A stretch of 60,876 nucleotides of DNA from Emiliania huxleyi CCMP1516 (Eukaryota): contig NW_005201381.1 of assembly GCF_000372725.1 (NCBI RefSeq), positions 369,953-430,828 on the forward strand, given 5' to 3'. A program made the position numbers and the translations under genes. The notes under the pieces are model-generated. The model searched no databases. It was given only the letters and a program-made list of their open reading frames with translations, and had not been told where the DNA came from. Below, piece after piece: positions 24,814 to 41,779 of this stretch. How positions within the stretch are numbered: position 1 is the first letter of the stretch; each line of letters begins with the position of its first letter.

Positions 24814-25531
24814 CCCCTTCCCCTTCCCCTTCAAGACGCAAGGGCGAGGACACGCGCAGGGGCCGCACCTCTAGCGAAGCCCACAGAGTGGGAGACTCCT
24901 ATCACCGCCCTGCCACGTGAGCCTTTTGGCCGCCTCTGTCAGTGTGCCCGTGGTAGTGAGAGACTGCTGGTGAGAAGCCGGAGGAAGGTCGCTAGTCGAG
25001 AGAGATCGCCAGTGGAATAGGAGTCCACCGTGCTGCGAACCTGTCGCTGTCCCACACACACATGACTTGGCGGCATCCCTCCCTTGGGGTGTCTGTTTTC
25101 TTTCTTTTTTTTTTGGCGGCAAAGGGAGCCCCACCTGTCCCCCTGATCGTCCTTCCAAAATCCTGCTCGTGCAGGTGGGGACCCTGTCCTCCTCCCCCAT
25201 CCCTCGTCTGGGTTTGTCTGGTTTCTTTCTTTCTTTCTTTCTTGGCGGCAAAGGATCGGAGTGGGAGTCAGAAATGTGGTCCTTGCGCGAGGGGAGCTCG
25301 ATAAACTCGAGGGGCCAAAATATGCCGCGAGCAGGGCGGACGGACGGAGTTACGCAGAGAGCAGAGAGGCGAGAGAAGCAGCGAGAGCAAGGGATCGGCA
25401 GACGGCAGCGGCGTTTCAGAACGAGGCCGAGGAGAGCGATGAGTCAGAGGTTGAAACAGCAGGAGAGAGAACGAGGACGAGAGTGGGAAGAACGCGAGGT
25501 GGCATGAAGGTCGCTGCGAGAATTGCATTGG

Positions 25532-25610
25532 GAGAGAGAGAGAGATTTTTAGCAATACCAAACAAATCTAACACTCACGCGTCATTTGGGGCCTGTTGTT
25601 GTGTTGTTTG
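25532..25610 (-). mobile_element. 79-bp insertion with a (TC)n tail and a 9-bp TSD
   Basis: TTGCATTGG at 25523-25531 and 25611-25619. Homologous to 28393-28433. Confidence 0.7.
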
Positions 25611-25632
25611 TTGCATTGGTGAGAAACTGCGA

Positions 25633-26160
25633 GCCCCCCCCCTCCCCCCCCTCCCCCGCGCCCATTCCCTGCCCTCTCCCGCCACACACTCCGTCAGAGC
25701 CCCCTCCCCTCCTGCACAACAGGAATTTTGACAATTAACCACACACCAGTGAGGGTGGGCGAGACGATCGAGGGGTCCCGTACCATGCGGAACCGACCCT
25801 ATCCGGTGCTCAAGTGCTCAAGATGGTAATTGATGGGCTTGCCCATCCCTGAGTGGTTCGACCCCACATAAATCCGAGACGGTGACGGGATGCTGTCGTA
25901 CGATGGTCTCAGGCCCAGTGAGGTAGTGCATCAGACTATCCCGGATCCTGCTGAACAAGCTCCTCTTGTAGCTCGATCGGTCACACCGCCATCGCCGTCG
26001 GGGAGAAGGGGGGACGACACTGCCTCGGCAGCGTGCACCTCGATCCTGTACCGTGTTTGTTATGACCCCCCCCCCCGTGACCACACCAGTGAGGGAGGGC
26101 GAGACGATCGAGGGGTCCCGTACCATGCGGAATCGACCCTATCCAGTGCTCAAGTGCTCA
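25633..26160 (+). mobile_element. ~530-bp insertion with internal ~82-bp direct repeats and an 11-bp TSD
   Basis: AGAAACTGCGA at 25622-25632 and 26161-26171. Direct repeats 25742-25823 and 26082-26163 both end GTGCTCAAGTGCTCAAGA. Confidence 0.7.
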
Positions 26161-26526
26161 AGAAACTGCGAAAAGAGATAGGAAGTGGTAGACGCCCGAG
26201 CGAGGGTGGGCGACGGCTAGCGGCACCACACTTCTCCCCTTGAAATCCCTGTGTGGTGGCGGCGTGCCGTCCGCCCATCCCTCCCTTTGGCTTGTCGGTT
26301 TTCTTTCTTTCTTAGAAGCCGCGAGAGCAAGGGATCGGCAGGCGGCGGCGCCGTCGCAGACGCAGAACGAGGCCGAGGGATGGTGGACTCACATGTACAT
26401 GTGATGTGAACCGTTTGCGGGCCCATGCCGTCGCGCGGCATCGGTTCACCTCGGATGCGCCATGTGGTCTTGGTTCGCCAGTCGCGAACACGATTTCTTT
26501 CCACAGCCGCGGCGCGTCCCTGGCCA

Positions 26527-27552
26527 ATGTCCTCGCTCCGCCATGTCGTAAAGTCGCGCCCGTACCGCGAGCGGTCCCAGCCTGCTGCGCGCGCCAAGCT
26601 CGGGCTGCTAGAGAAGCACAAGGACTATGTGCTCCGCGCGAGGGACTTCCACAAGAAGCAGGCGTGCGCTGTTGGCGCCGCGCGCTCCCCCATATCTGCC
26701 TATCTGCGTGGCTGACCGCACCCGCCCCGCCTGCAGGATACCATCCACCGCATGCGCGACAAGGCGGCGGCCAAGAACCCGGACGAGTTTTACTTTGGCA
26801 TGAACCGCAGCCAGATGACGGGCGGCGTGCACAAGAAGGCAAAGGAGGCTGGGCCGTCTGGGGATGAGCTCAAGGCCTTCCGTAAGGACGACGCCACCTA
26901 CGTCGCGATGAAGCACAAGATGGAGTCGCAGGCACGCATCATTCGCGCCCACCACCACCACCTCCGCCGCCACCGCCGCCCCGCCACGGCCTCTCCCCCC
27001 GGCTGCCGCCGCGCCGCGATCTGACCCGGCCCCCTTCGCGCTCAGAAAGTGGCGAAGCTCCGCGCCAATCTGCACGGCGTGTCGCAGCAGCAGCCGCCTC
27101 AAAACAAGCGGACCGTTTTCGTCGACCCTTCCGACGGTGGCGGCGGCGGCGGCGGCGCCACCTCGAGTGAGGACGGCGGCGGGCTCGACGGAGGGGCGAG
27201 CGCAGGGCTAGACTTGGGCGTCGGCGCTGCAGCGGCGGCGGGCGGCGGCGGCGCCGTGGCCCGGCGAGAGCGAAAGGCGGAGAGCGCAGCTTCTCTGCGA
27301 CTCCGCCTCGCCCTCAGGGCGAACCCCTCCGTCTTCCCTGCGTAGGGAAAGCACCAGTCCAAGCCGGCAAAGCAGCTCGCGGCGCGCTACTCGGAGCTGC
27401 ACCAGCGCGAAGAGCGGGAGCGGAAGCTGGCGCAGTGTGTGCAGCGGCTGGCGACGGAGCGCGCGCTGCTTGGCAAGGGGCGGCGCAAGAAGCTGCAGAG
27501 CAAGAGCGGGCAGCCGAGGCAGTTCAAGTGGCGACAGGAGCGGAAACGGTAG
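26527..27552 (+). CDS. UTP11: U3 snoRNA-associated protein 11 (SSU processome)
   Basis: Exons 26527-26661, 26737-26931, 27046-27276 and 27346-27552 (three GC-AG introns). Motifs [39 protein letters not shown] and C-terminal FKWRQERKR*. Confidence 0.93.
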
Positions 27553-28392
27553 CCCCCCACGCAGTTGCCTCCTGGGGTGTGCCGTGCGCATACATGCGAG
27601 GAGGCTTTGGAGCGCGGGGGGGCGTGCATGGGCCGGAGAGGTGGAGAGTGAGTGAGTGGGGGGGGGGAGAGAGAGAGGGAGCCAACAGCAACACGTGGCG
27701 CGTTCTGTTCTGTGTTGTTTAGACTTTAGTCGTGTTCCGCCTCCACACAATATGCCGCTCCAATGGACCGCTCCAATCGCGATCGTTTTTTTCTGTATTC
27801 TGAGCTCGCAGACCCACGGCAGCGAGCGATTGGGACTTTTGCCTGCAGCCCCGTAACTCGGCCTACTGGCCGCCGGGACACACCAGGCCGACACACAGCG
27901 CCTAATCCTTAAAGGTAAAGGCTAAAGCCGAAGCTCCAACCTACATGGTCATGCCTCACAACTCACATGCACATGCACATGCATACATGTCATGCACATG
28001 TGCATGTGCATTCACATGCACAATGATCAATGTGCATGTGACATGTTGTCACAAAAAATCATTTCCGAAACGCGGAATGGCAACTTAGCTAGCAATTTAG
28101 TTGCGGAAAGCGCGACGGAATCCGATCCGCGACTCCTCTTGGAGAGACTTCGCTGGGGGGGGGGGGGAGGCCTCGGGGGCCGGAGCCTCCGCCGCGCGCG
28201 GCGCTCCGCGCCTGACTCCTTGAGCGTGAAGAGCGTCGTTTAGGCGCCTGTCCGCACATGTTCTGCAGCGCTTGGACGACCTCTATTGGACAATTGAGAG
28301 ACACGCAGGTATAGATTGGCTCTTGTGTTAAACTTTAGGAACGGCCGGGAGATCTTTGTGTATTCTGACCGGCGCTGTTGGTGTTGCTTGAG

Positions 28393-28535
28393 GGAGAGAT
28401 TTTTAGCAATGCCAAAACAAAACTAACACTCACACAACACACATCATTTGCCATATCGTGGCGGACGACTACAGCCCTGTTCACGCGCGCGCGAGACGTG
28501 CAGACCTAGGAGCTAGGTGCAGACAGGTTGTTGTC
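28393..28535 (-). mobile_element. Short insertion with a (TC)n tail and an 8-bp TSD
   Basis: TGCTTGAG at 28385-28392 and 28536-28543. The insert begins GGAGAGATTTTTAGCAATGCC, like 25532. Confidence 0.6.
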
Positions 28536-29451
28536 TGCTTGAGCGGCTCTCCGGCGGCGCCCTGTGCTGGGCCGAAATAGCTGCCCCCCTGCGTCAGCAC
28601 TCTACACGTACGAAGGGTCTGCGCTCGCTCTCCTCAACAGCATCGGTTCTGCATCTTTCTTTGGTTGGCTGCGTGATGACAGTGTGATGACGATGTCAAC
28701 TTTGTCCAAATGGAAATGCGCCAGCCTGCGTGCGCTCTGCGACGCCAGCTCCACGTTTGCATGGAACGATGAGGGAGGCCACGAGCGGACACGGGTGCAG
28801 GTACAGGTCCAGGCCAGCTGGGTACAGGCAGGCGACAAAAAAGATTTCTTTCGAGCCTTATAGAAGAGCAGCACGTCGCTCGCTTGGGGCGCACGCTGAG
28901 CCCGCGCGCCGTCTGGCACACGGCCCAAACGCGCGCAGCACGTCCTGGGCCCCGGACCAGTCTCCTGCCCGCTGAGGCCTATAGACGGGTTCCACATTGA
29001 TTTAGCCCTCCGCCACGTCATGGGGCCAAAGTGCCGCCCGCCGGCTAGCTCGTGACGGCCCGAGGGTCCGAGCACCGAGGGTTGCAGCCGTGAGGCTCGG
29101 GCCCTGGTCGCAGTCTGAGGCCCCACGCCTGTCGCTCGGGCGCGGAGGCGAGCCACGAGCGCATTCGGTACCCAGGTCACCCATCTAGCATCTTTCCACC
29201 CCCTCCCTCATTCGAGCGCCATCGCGGACACAACACTGCCTCACGCCGTTACTGAGCTTACTCTATTGCTGCTAGGCTACTCAAGCGAGGCCTGGTGGCA
29301 TCTCGTCTGGCCAGCTCAACACGCCGCTTCGCGCAGGAAGAAACTCTGCGCGAATTCTTTATTCCGCCGCGCCGCCCTTGGTTCATCTCTCGCCGCCAGG
29401 CTGCATCGCGGCCATCTCGCCCTTGGTACAACCGCCGCCTACGCGCGAACG

Positions 29452-34289
<4,838 letters not shown>

Positions 34290-34518
34290 CAGATGTGAGC
34301 GGGGGGTGACGCCGAATCCTGAGGCCGTGAGACGCGCGGGTCTCTCACACGCAAACGAACGGTACATGACGGTACACATTCATACCACACTTCACATATG
34401 TATTTGTAAAGCCGTACGTCCTTCCTATTCCCAATTCCCAGACCGAGCCAGACCCTCTTCAGAGTGCTTCAGCATGGCCATCAGGCGGCCGGTGTGGCCC
34501 ACCACCAGACCCCCTGTC

Positions 34519-36060
34519 CTAGTCGATCTTGCGAAGGTGGGCGCGAACCTCCATCTCCGCATTCTCCTCGCTCTCCTCGCTGCTCGATCGGCGCTGGGCA
34601 GCACTGCGCCTTGCCCGCTGGGTGCCTGGCGCCTTCTGGATGATCCGGGCTGCGAGCCGCTTTGACGCGGCCACGTGTGCCGGGTCCCCCAAGGTGGGGT
34701 CCGTCGGCGCGTCGAGCAGCACCGTGTCCTGAGATATGCCGGCGAGCCTCTTGTAGAAGTCAATGAGCGCGAACGAAGCCTTGAGCAGCAGGAGCGAGGA
34801 GACCGGCATGAGGAGGCCGAGCACGATGCCTGCGTCTGGCACGTGGTCGGCGAGGATGCTCTTGGCTGCAACGAACACGTAGGATATGATCATCCTGCCG
34901 GTGGTCCAGTAGAGTGTGCCCGAGAAGAAGCCCATCGCGTTGGTCACGAAATATCGCTCCACCGCTGCGCGGTCGTCCTTTTTGACCGGGCCCTGGGTGA
35001 CGATCAGCCACAACATGCAGAGTAGCGAGAAAGCGACGGTGATGCCGAGGACGCTGCCAATGCTGGCGGGCGAGGGCGACGCGTCGAGGATGGGGAAGAA
35101 GCGGCTGATGAGCCGCACAACCGCACAGCCCGAGATCCACGCAAGCGCGGACTCGACCAAGTTGGACGCCTCGATCAACACCGCGGACCGCGGCGTTGGC
35201 GGCACGCCCCGCTTGGGCGTCAGCGAGAGCTCAAACTGAGCCAGCTTGGAGCTGAGCAGTGCGCCGGCAAAAGAGGCTGTGCCGGCATACAGTAACGTGA
35301 CCGTCGTTGTGGCGCGGCCCTCGGGCACGGCAAAGAAGACGAACTCGTCCGCGGTGGTGACCCAGAGCGACATCGTGACGACGGTGAAGCCGCGCACGAG
35401 CATTGCTAGTACATCCTCCACATAGTCTTCCAGCCAATCAATGACCTTGCCGCTGCCCCACTCAATTTCTTTGACGTACGGCTTGACGACGCTCAGGAAG
35501 ACGGCGGCTGCGCCGCTCCAGGCAAGCGTGAAGCTTAGATTCAGCGCGAGGCAATGCCCACCGTCGTCCTTGCAGCGGGCCGACGCCTGGAGCTCTCTCA
35601 GGAACTGACCTGCACAGCCAGCAAAGCCCCACCCGACGATGTAGTTCATGATGTTCGGAACGATGTTGGCCCCGCGGACCGGAATGACCCCGCGCGCCTC
35701 GGCCTTTTCGACGTGATCCTCAGCCAAGTGCTTGCAAAGGCCAGTCAAAGGCACGAGTACGAGCGAGTACACGGCCCAGTTTGAGGAGGAGTTCACGATG
35801 GGCTTCTCTTCTGAGAACCATTCGGGGAGCAGGCCAAAGAAATATATGGCAATCGCATCCGACCAGCCTCGCGAGAGAACAAATATGAGGTACCCGACAA
35901 CATAATCACCGACATCAGTCGCCGAGCTTGCAAGCCGTGCCTTGCCAACCTGCGTCCAGCTGGGAGGGGCCGGACGCCTCGGGGAGCTCTGGCGCCTCAA
36001 CGAGCCCTCATCATCTCGGGCTGCGGCTGCGGCTTCCCTCGCACGCGTCTCCACTGCCAT
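34519..36060 (-). CDS. Uncharacterised polytopic membrane protein (intronless, ~513 aa)
   Basis: Long ATG-initiated ORF with roughly ten hydrophobic helices. Family not recognised. Confidence 0.7.
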   Translation of the reverse strand: MAVETRAREAAAAARDDEGSLRRQSSPRRPAPPSWTQVGKARLASSATDVGDYVVGYLIFVLSRGWSDAIAIYFFGLLPEWFSEEKPIVNSSSNWAVYSLVLVPLTGLCKHLAEDHVEKAEARGVIPVRGANIVPNIMNYIVGWGFAGCAGQFLRELQASARCKDDGGHCLALNLSFTLAWSGAAAVFLSVVKPYVKEIEWGSGKVIDWLEDYVEDVLAMLVRGFTVVTMSLWVTTADEFVFFAVPEGRATTTVTLLYAGTASFAGALLSSKLAQFELSLTPKRGVPPTPRSAVLIEASNLVESALAWISGCAVVRLISRFFPILDASPSPASIGSVLGITVAFSLLCMLWLIVTQGPVKKDDRAAVERYFVTNAMGFFSGTLYWTTGRMIISYVFVAAKSILADHVPDAGIVLGLLMPVSSLLLLKASFALIDFYKRLAGISQDTVLLDAPTDPTLGDPAHVAASKRLAARIIQKAPGTQRARRSAAQRRSSSEESEENAEMEVRAHLRKID

Positions 36061-37100
36061 AGTCAACACCGAGGACGGCCCGACGACGCTGCAACTGCAC
36101 GACGTTTTCTCATCAAAGGCACGGAGGAAAGAGAAGGCTTCTAAAAATCTCTCTCTCGGAGGAAACCGACAGGGATTTATGGAAAGGACTGCTTTCGTGC
36201 AAGATCCTGCTCGTGCAGGTGGGGACCCTGTCCTTCTCCCACCCCTCGTTTGGCGTGCCCGTTTTATTTATTTATTTTATGCTTTCGCGAGCAAACAAAG
36301 AAAGAAAACAGCGTGCACTTTAGCCCTCTCCCCTACCCGCGCTCTCGCCTCTCCGCCTGTCGGCGCTCCTCCACCTTCGTGTTACGCCTGTTCTGCATGC
36401 AAGGCTCGGAAACAGTACTTTGAGCCGTTTGTCCGAATCCGCGGGTTGCCGTACGCGGTGTGGACAAATGTGGGGTTCGCGCGCGTGAGCGGGCCCTCAC
36501 CAGATTTTTAGCAATACCTTACAACAGGTGAGCAATACCTTGCAACAGGTGGGGTAAGATCCGTTAGCGGGAGATCGGCGGGAGCTGCAATACCAAACAA
36601 CACTTTTTTCTCACCAGAGAAACGTCATGGCCTCACGGAGTCGGCGCCGCCGCTCGGTGCTGTTCTGCCGTGGCTACCGTGGGACAAAATAAAAAGTCTT
36701 TTAGGCCGACGGACTTGTACAGCAGCACGGCGTCTTTTAGGCCGACGGACTTGTACAGCAGCTCGGCGGTTTCTCTTGCTGCCGACATGTCGGTGGAGAC
36801 TTGTTCACACCGGTATGCCTTGCTCCTTTAGGTGCTTTTAATACGTTCTGATTCTTGTGCTGATACTTGCGTCCGAGACTGCTTGTGTTAGCCCTGTGGG
36901 TTTTCTTTTGCCTTCGGTGTCCTGTCTCGGTGCGAGTTGTTCCCCCCTTGTTGGACCTCTAGTTGTTGGGGGGTTTTTGCCACGCTTCTACACTTGCTTC
37001 CACACTTGTGTTCGACACTTCGAAAATCAGCTGATTTTCGAACCGCCCGACGCGCTTTTGCAGCTCTCACCGGTCGTACACTTGCTGCTGACACTCTCTG

Positions 37101-38549
37101 ATGCCGAGCCGCGCATACTTCCTCGGCGAGCTCCTGGAGTCCAAGTTCTTCTTTGGCATGGCAAACATGCTCGACTCCGATTCCGAGAGCGACCTCGACG
37201 TGCAGGACGAGCTCGTAGTCACCGGCGTCGAGCCGCTCATGCGCCGGAGGACGCAGGAGATCGGACCCGAGCGGCTGAGCGTGGCGCGACTGCAGCGCGA
37301 GGCGGCGGCTCGCGGGCACGCCGGCGACGATGTCTCGAGCGCCACGTACCAGAACTACGGCTTCCACCTTCGCTGGCTGCCAATCGTCATCGCGGCGCTC
37401 ATGGTGCCGGCTGTGATCCAGACTGTCGGCGGGCACCTCTTCACCGGCGAGGAAGCTGTGCTGCTGCTGCTGCTCCGCTTCCGGAGCGACGACGGCTTCG
37501 ACAAGATGACGTGGACGACGGGGCGAAACATCTCCGCCCTCTCCGAGGTCACGCTGTACATGGCGCGCCGTTGGATGTGCTCTGTGCTGCTGCACCGTGC
37601 ACTCGACCGCACCGCTCTCTGCACCCCTTGCGCAGGTAGAGCATGTGCACAACACATTCCCGCACCTCGTCAACCACCGCTCCTTTTCCTCGTGGTCGCC
37701 GCACTTCCACCAGTTTGCCCAGGCCTTCACCGACTATGGCCTCCCCATCCAGAACTTGATCGGCTTCATCGACGGCAAGCTCTGGGCGGTGTGCCGGCCG
37801 GGCAGGTATCAGAATGTGCTGTACTCCGGCCACAAGCGTATCCACGGCATCAAGACGCAGGGCATCATCTTCCCAAATGGTGTGACCAGCACCTCCTTAG
37901 CGGTCAGTTCATCCCCCAAAACACACGTCACGTGGACGACCAGTGCGCGCAGGCATGCAGCCCTACCCCTTCGGCCCGGTGAACGGCAGCCGGCACGACT
38001 CCACCGTCCTCTCGCGCTCGCGAATTGTCCAGATCCTGCACGACCTCTGCCGCGGCGGCCCGTTTGCGTGGATGCCAGGTGGCCTCGGCCAGGACTACTG
38101 CCTCTTTGGCGACTCCGCCTACCCGATCAGCGCCTTCCTGTGGCGCATGTACAAGGGCGCCATGACCCCGGCCCAGCAGTTCTTCAACAGCACCATGTCC
38201 CCCGCGCGCGTCACTGTCGAGTGGGGCTTTGGCAAGATCGTCAACCTCTGGCCCTTCCTCGACTACCGCAAGAAGTCCAAGGCGCGTCGTGCAGACACAC
38301 GCACACGCGCGCTGTAGACACACTGTGTGCCTCACGCGTGCAGCACTCACCCCGCCTCACACACACGCCTTGCAGGTCTTGCTCTCCCCTGTGGGCCTGT
38401 ACTTCCCCGTCGCCAACGTGCTGACCAACATGCACACGTGCCTCGCTCGCGGCAACATCGTCAGCTACGAGTTCGGGCTCGCGCCCCCGGAGCTGCACGA
38501 GTACATGCGCGGCGGCCCCTACTCGTGCGAGCCGCACGACATCTTTTGA
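37101..38549 (+). CDS. DDE_Tnp_4 (PIF/Harbinger-type) transposase
   Basis: Exons 37101-37562, 37636-37879, 37953-38281 and 38376-38549. Motifs GFIDGK, YSGHKRIHGIK, GSRHD, GDSAY and RVTVEWGFG. Frame intact after splicing. Confidence 0.9.
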
Positions 38550-39967
38550 TTTTTGCATTCCTTGGTGTTGCGTGTGCATTAGAGCGACACACAACTCTGT
38601 TCTTTCCGCACACGGGGGCGGTACACGCGCGTGTCGCCAAGTAGAGGGCTTGGGGCTGTGTGGGCTAGTACGGCATGTTTGCGGCGAGGACGAGTGGAGT
38701 TGAGCAGCGCTCGAACCTGTGGGGCTGTGTGTGATCTTGGTCATCTATGTTAGCTTGCCAGGCTTGCCCAAACATCGATCACGGGAAGCATACCAGGTAT
38801 AGACTCAGTCCCATACATTGTGGTCGAGAGAGCAGCGCCCCGGCTTGGATTGCTTGCACGTGTGCTCGGCAAAGGGCGCGATTGCGCGGGAGAGAGTGTG
38901 GTCGGTCGTCCGTCGCTCGAGCCACGCGCAGGAGCGACCAGAATGCTCGCTCGGATGGCGAGCCTGCGGCGAGAGGGGCAACAGCGCGGGAGGGTTCCTT
39001 GTGACGGGTTGCTCGCAGAGCGGCGCAATCGGCCCCGGTCTGACCCTGGGGACGGATCAGGGCGGCACTCCACACGAGAGCAGGTTCGGCACGCCTCGGG
39101 CTGTCGCCGGCCCTCGCTGCGGCGCGCCTCGGGCTGTCGCCGGCCCTCGCTTCACTGCCATGCCTCGGCGGACGGCGCTACCGAATGTGCCTACGCAAGC
39201 AAACCATGCAGCGTGCGGGAGGAAGGGGCGCACATGCTGGCGCACCCTGCGCCCAATCACGGCGCCGCGAGGAGCGAGTACGGCGGAGACGGCTGGTCCC
39301 GACCGGGCGAGCGCGATTCCACCCAGGCCCGCGACCCACGCGCACGAAGGGACGCAAGTTCTCTCGCGATAGACTTTTAGTAAGATGTGGTTTTTACGTT
39401 TTTAGCTATAGCGTTCGTAGATGCGATCGCCGCCAGGAGATCTTGGAGCACTTTGGAGTGCAGTCAGAGAATTTGTCTTTGAGGAAAAAAGATCGCAAGA
39501 CCGGCCAGGGTCGGGTCGGGGTCAGGGTCGGGGTCCTCACTCAACCTCATCGCGCTCATGTGTATTCCAAGTTTACGTACAACAAGAGTACAGCGAGACG
39601 TACGACTACAATCCTCTGACCGCACACAGGGCAGTACACACGCGAGTACAGTAGAGACGTGCACACGGGGCGGTAGACACGCGAGTACAGTAGAGACACA
39701 CGCGCGGTCGCCACGTGGAGGGCCTTAGGGCTAGTACGCATGTTTGCGGCGTGTTTGCGGCGAAGAGAGTGGAGATGCGTGGTGGTGCGTGAGCAGCGCA
39801 GGAACATGTGGGGCTGTGGGAGTGATCTTGGTCGTCATCCCGGGGGGGGGGGGGGGGGGGGCACTCCTCACGCCTAGGTGGGTGGAGCGCCCCGCGTGTG
39901 CAGCTATGCAGCTGGAAGGGGTCCCCGCGGGGCTAGCGGAGGGGAAGGGCAGTGCGGCAGAGGCACC

Positions 39968-41473
39968 CTAGGGCTCGTTCGAGGGCTCGTTCTCGTCGTC
40001 GTCCACGATGCCTGCCTTCCTGGCGAAGCCCGCCATGAGCTTCATCTGCTGCTCCTGCTGCTTCATCATCGTGGCCAGCAGCGTCGACATCTGCGCGGCC
40101 TGCGCGGCCTGCGCGGCCTGCGCGGCCTGCACGGCCGCGTTGGAGGCCGCCTGCGCGCTGGCGGCGCGCTCCTCGCGCCTGCGCTCGACCTCGGCCTGCG
40201 CGGCCTGCTTCTCCTCCTGGAACTTGAGCTCCAGCGCGCGCTCGCGAGCCCGGTTGTCCTCCTTCTTGGCGTCGAGCGAGGCCTTGCTCTCCATGTAGGA
40301 GGCCTTCGCGTTGAAGAACTTGCCCGCGTCCTCGCGCAGGCCGCCAACGGTGCCGCCGCTTCCGCCGCCGCCGCCGTTGATCGGCACCACGTACGGCACC
40401 TGGAGCAGCGGCGCGGAGGGCGCGTCCTCGGCGGCCGGGTCCACGAAGACGAAGCCGGGCAGCGTCATGTCGCCGTCGACGAGCTCCTGGTAGAGGTCGT
40501 TGTAGTCGCGCCCGATCGTCCGCGCGTAGTCCTTGAGAGTGATCGGCGAGGCGGCCGTCTTCTTCTTCTTCCCCTTCTTGCCGGGGTCGCCGTCTTTGGG
40601 GTACGTGCGCTTCGCGAGCGCGTCCTGCATCGCCTGCAGGGGGGAGCAGGCAGGAGGGGGGGGGGGGGGGTGCAGGGCGTCAACGAGGCGGCGAGCCTAG
40701 CCCCCTCAATCCCCCTACCCCCGGGGCGTTCGCGAGCCTGCGCTCCCTTGCCGACGTCGGCGTCCGCCTGAGCCTTGCCCTCCTTGTTTGCGCACCCGAT
40801 CCTCTCCGCCTCCTCCATCGCCGTGCCGACCTCAATGATGAGCTGCGTGCGAGTGAAAGGCGCGGAGTGGGCAGAGGGAGGAGAGGGGAGGGGAGGGAGG
40901 GGGGCGGGCGAAGGGAGTGGGAAGGGGGGTGAGGGGAGGCGGTGGCGCATCACCTGGTCCAGCTCGGAGAGCTCCTCGTTCTTGGTGCCCAGGCTGCCTG
41001 CCGGCGCGTCCTCGGCCTGCTCGCCGCCCGACTTGTAGAGGTTGGCCTTGCTTTGCACGACTCGCTTCGTGTGGACGATGAAGGCGGTCGTCGCGGGGAA
41101 GGTGGTGACGCCAGCGAAGGCCTCGTGCGTTTTGATCTGCGGGATGATGCCCTCGCCGGCCTTGTCCCAGACCGCGCCCTGGTTGTACGTGCGCTCGGGG
41201 TCGCCGGAGTAGCCCATCTTGGACGTCAGCCAGGCGAGCGGGCCGGCGGCGGCGACTTGCGTCAAGAGAGCCACGTCGCGCTCGTAGGTCCACTTCATTT
41301 GCTTCACCTCCTTCTCGGCCTTGCCGTTGGTGGCGGCCGCAGGGGTGGGCGCGGGTTGCGCCGCGGTCGCGGCCTGAGGAGGGGGCGAGGCGAGGCGGCC
41401 GTCAGCAGAGGGGCGTGGGAGGGGTCTGGGGCGAGGACGCCGACGCCACCTGCGCCTCGGGCGTCGTGCTCAT
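39968..41473 (-). CDS. Transposon partner protein, Myb/SANT-like N-terminus with a coiled-coil C-terminus
   Basis: Exons 41473-41450, 41373-40954, 40842-~40740 (donor uncertain) and 40633-39968. KWTYERDVALLTQV..GAVW resembles Harbinger ORF2 Myb/SANT-like starts. Lies inside the TIRs. Confidence 0.7.
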
Positions 41474-41779
41474 GAGTGTGCAACGGTTCTACACTTTCGG
41501 CCCCGATCTGTCGGGTCGCCAACGGTCTACACTTTCGACTGGCCCTCCACACTTGCGAAAAAGTGTGGAAGCAAGTGTGGAACCAAGTGTAGATCGCTGC
41601 AAAAACCCTCTAGTTACCGCTCTCGTTGTTGTTGCGCCCTCCCATCCCTCCCTTGGGTTGTCTGTTTTCTTTCTTTCTTTCTGTTGCGCCCTTGTTGTCC
41701 AAGGGACAGAAGAAACACAACCCAGCTGAAGCCGCCCCCGGTTTGGCTGGCGCTCTCGTTCTAGCGCTGCTGTAAAGGG

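Larger units (their letters stand above)
36969..41610 (+). mobile_element. PIF/Harbinger-like (PHIS superfamily) DNA transposon with two convergent genes
   Basis: Imperfect TIRs: left GGGGGTTTTTGCCACGCTTCTACACTTGCTTCCACACTTG, right (reverse complement) GAGGGTTTTTGCAGCGATCTACACTTGGTTCCACACTTG. Flanks are TTG and TAG. Encloses a DDE transposase and a Myb/SANT-like ORF. Confidence 0.85.
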
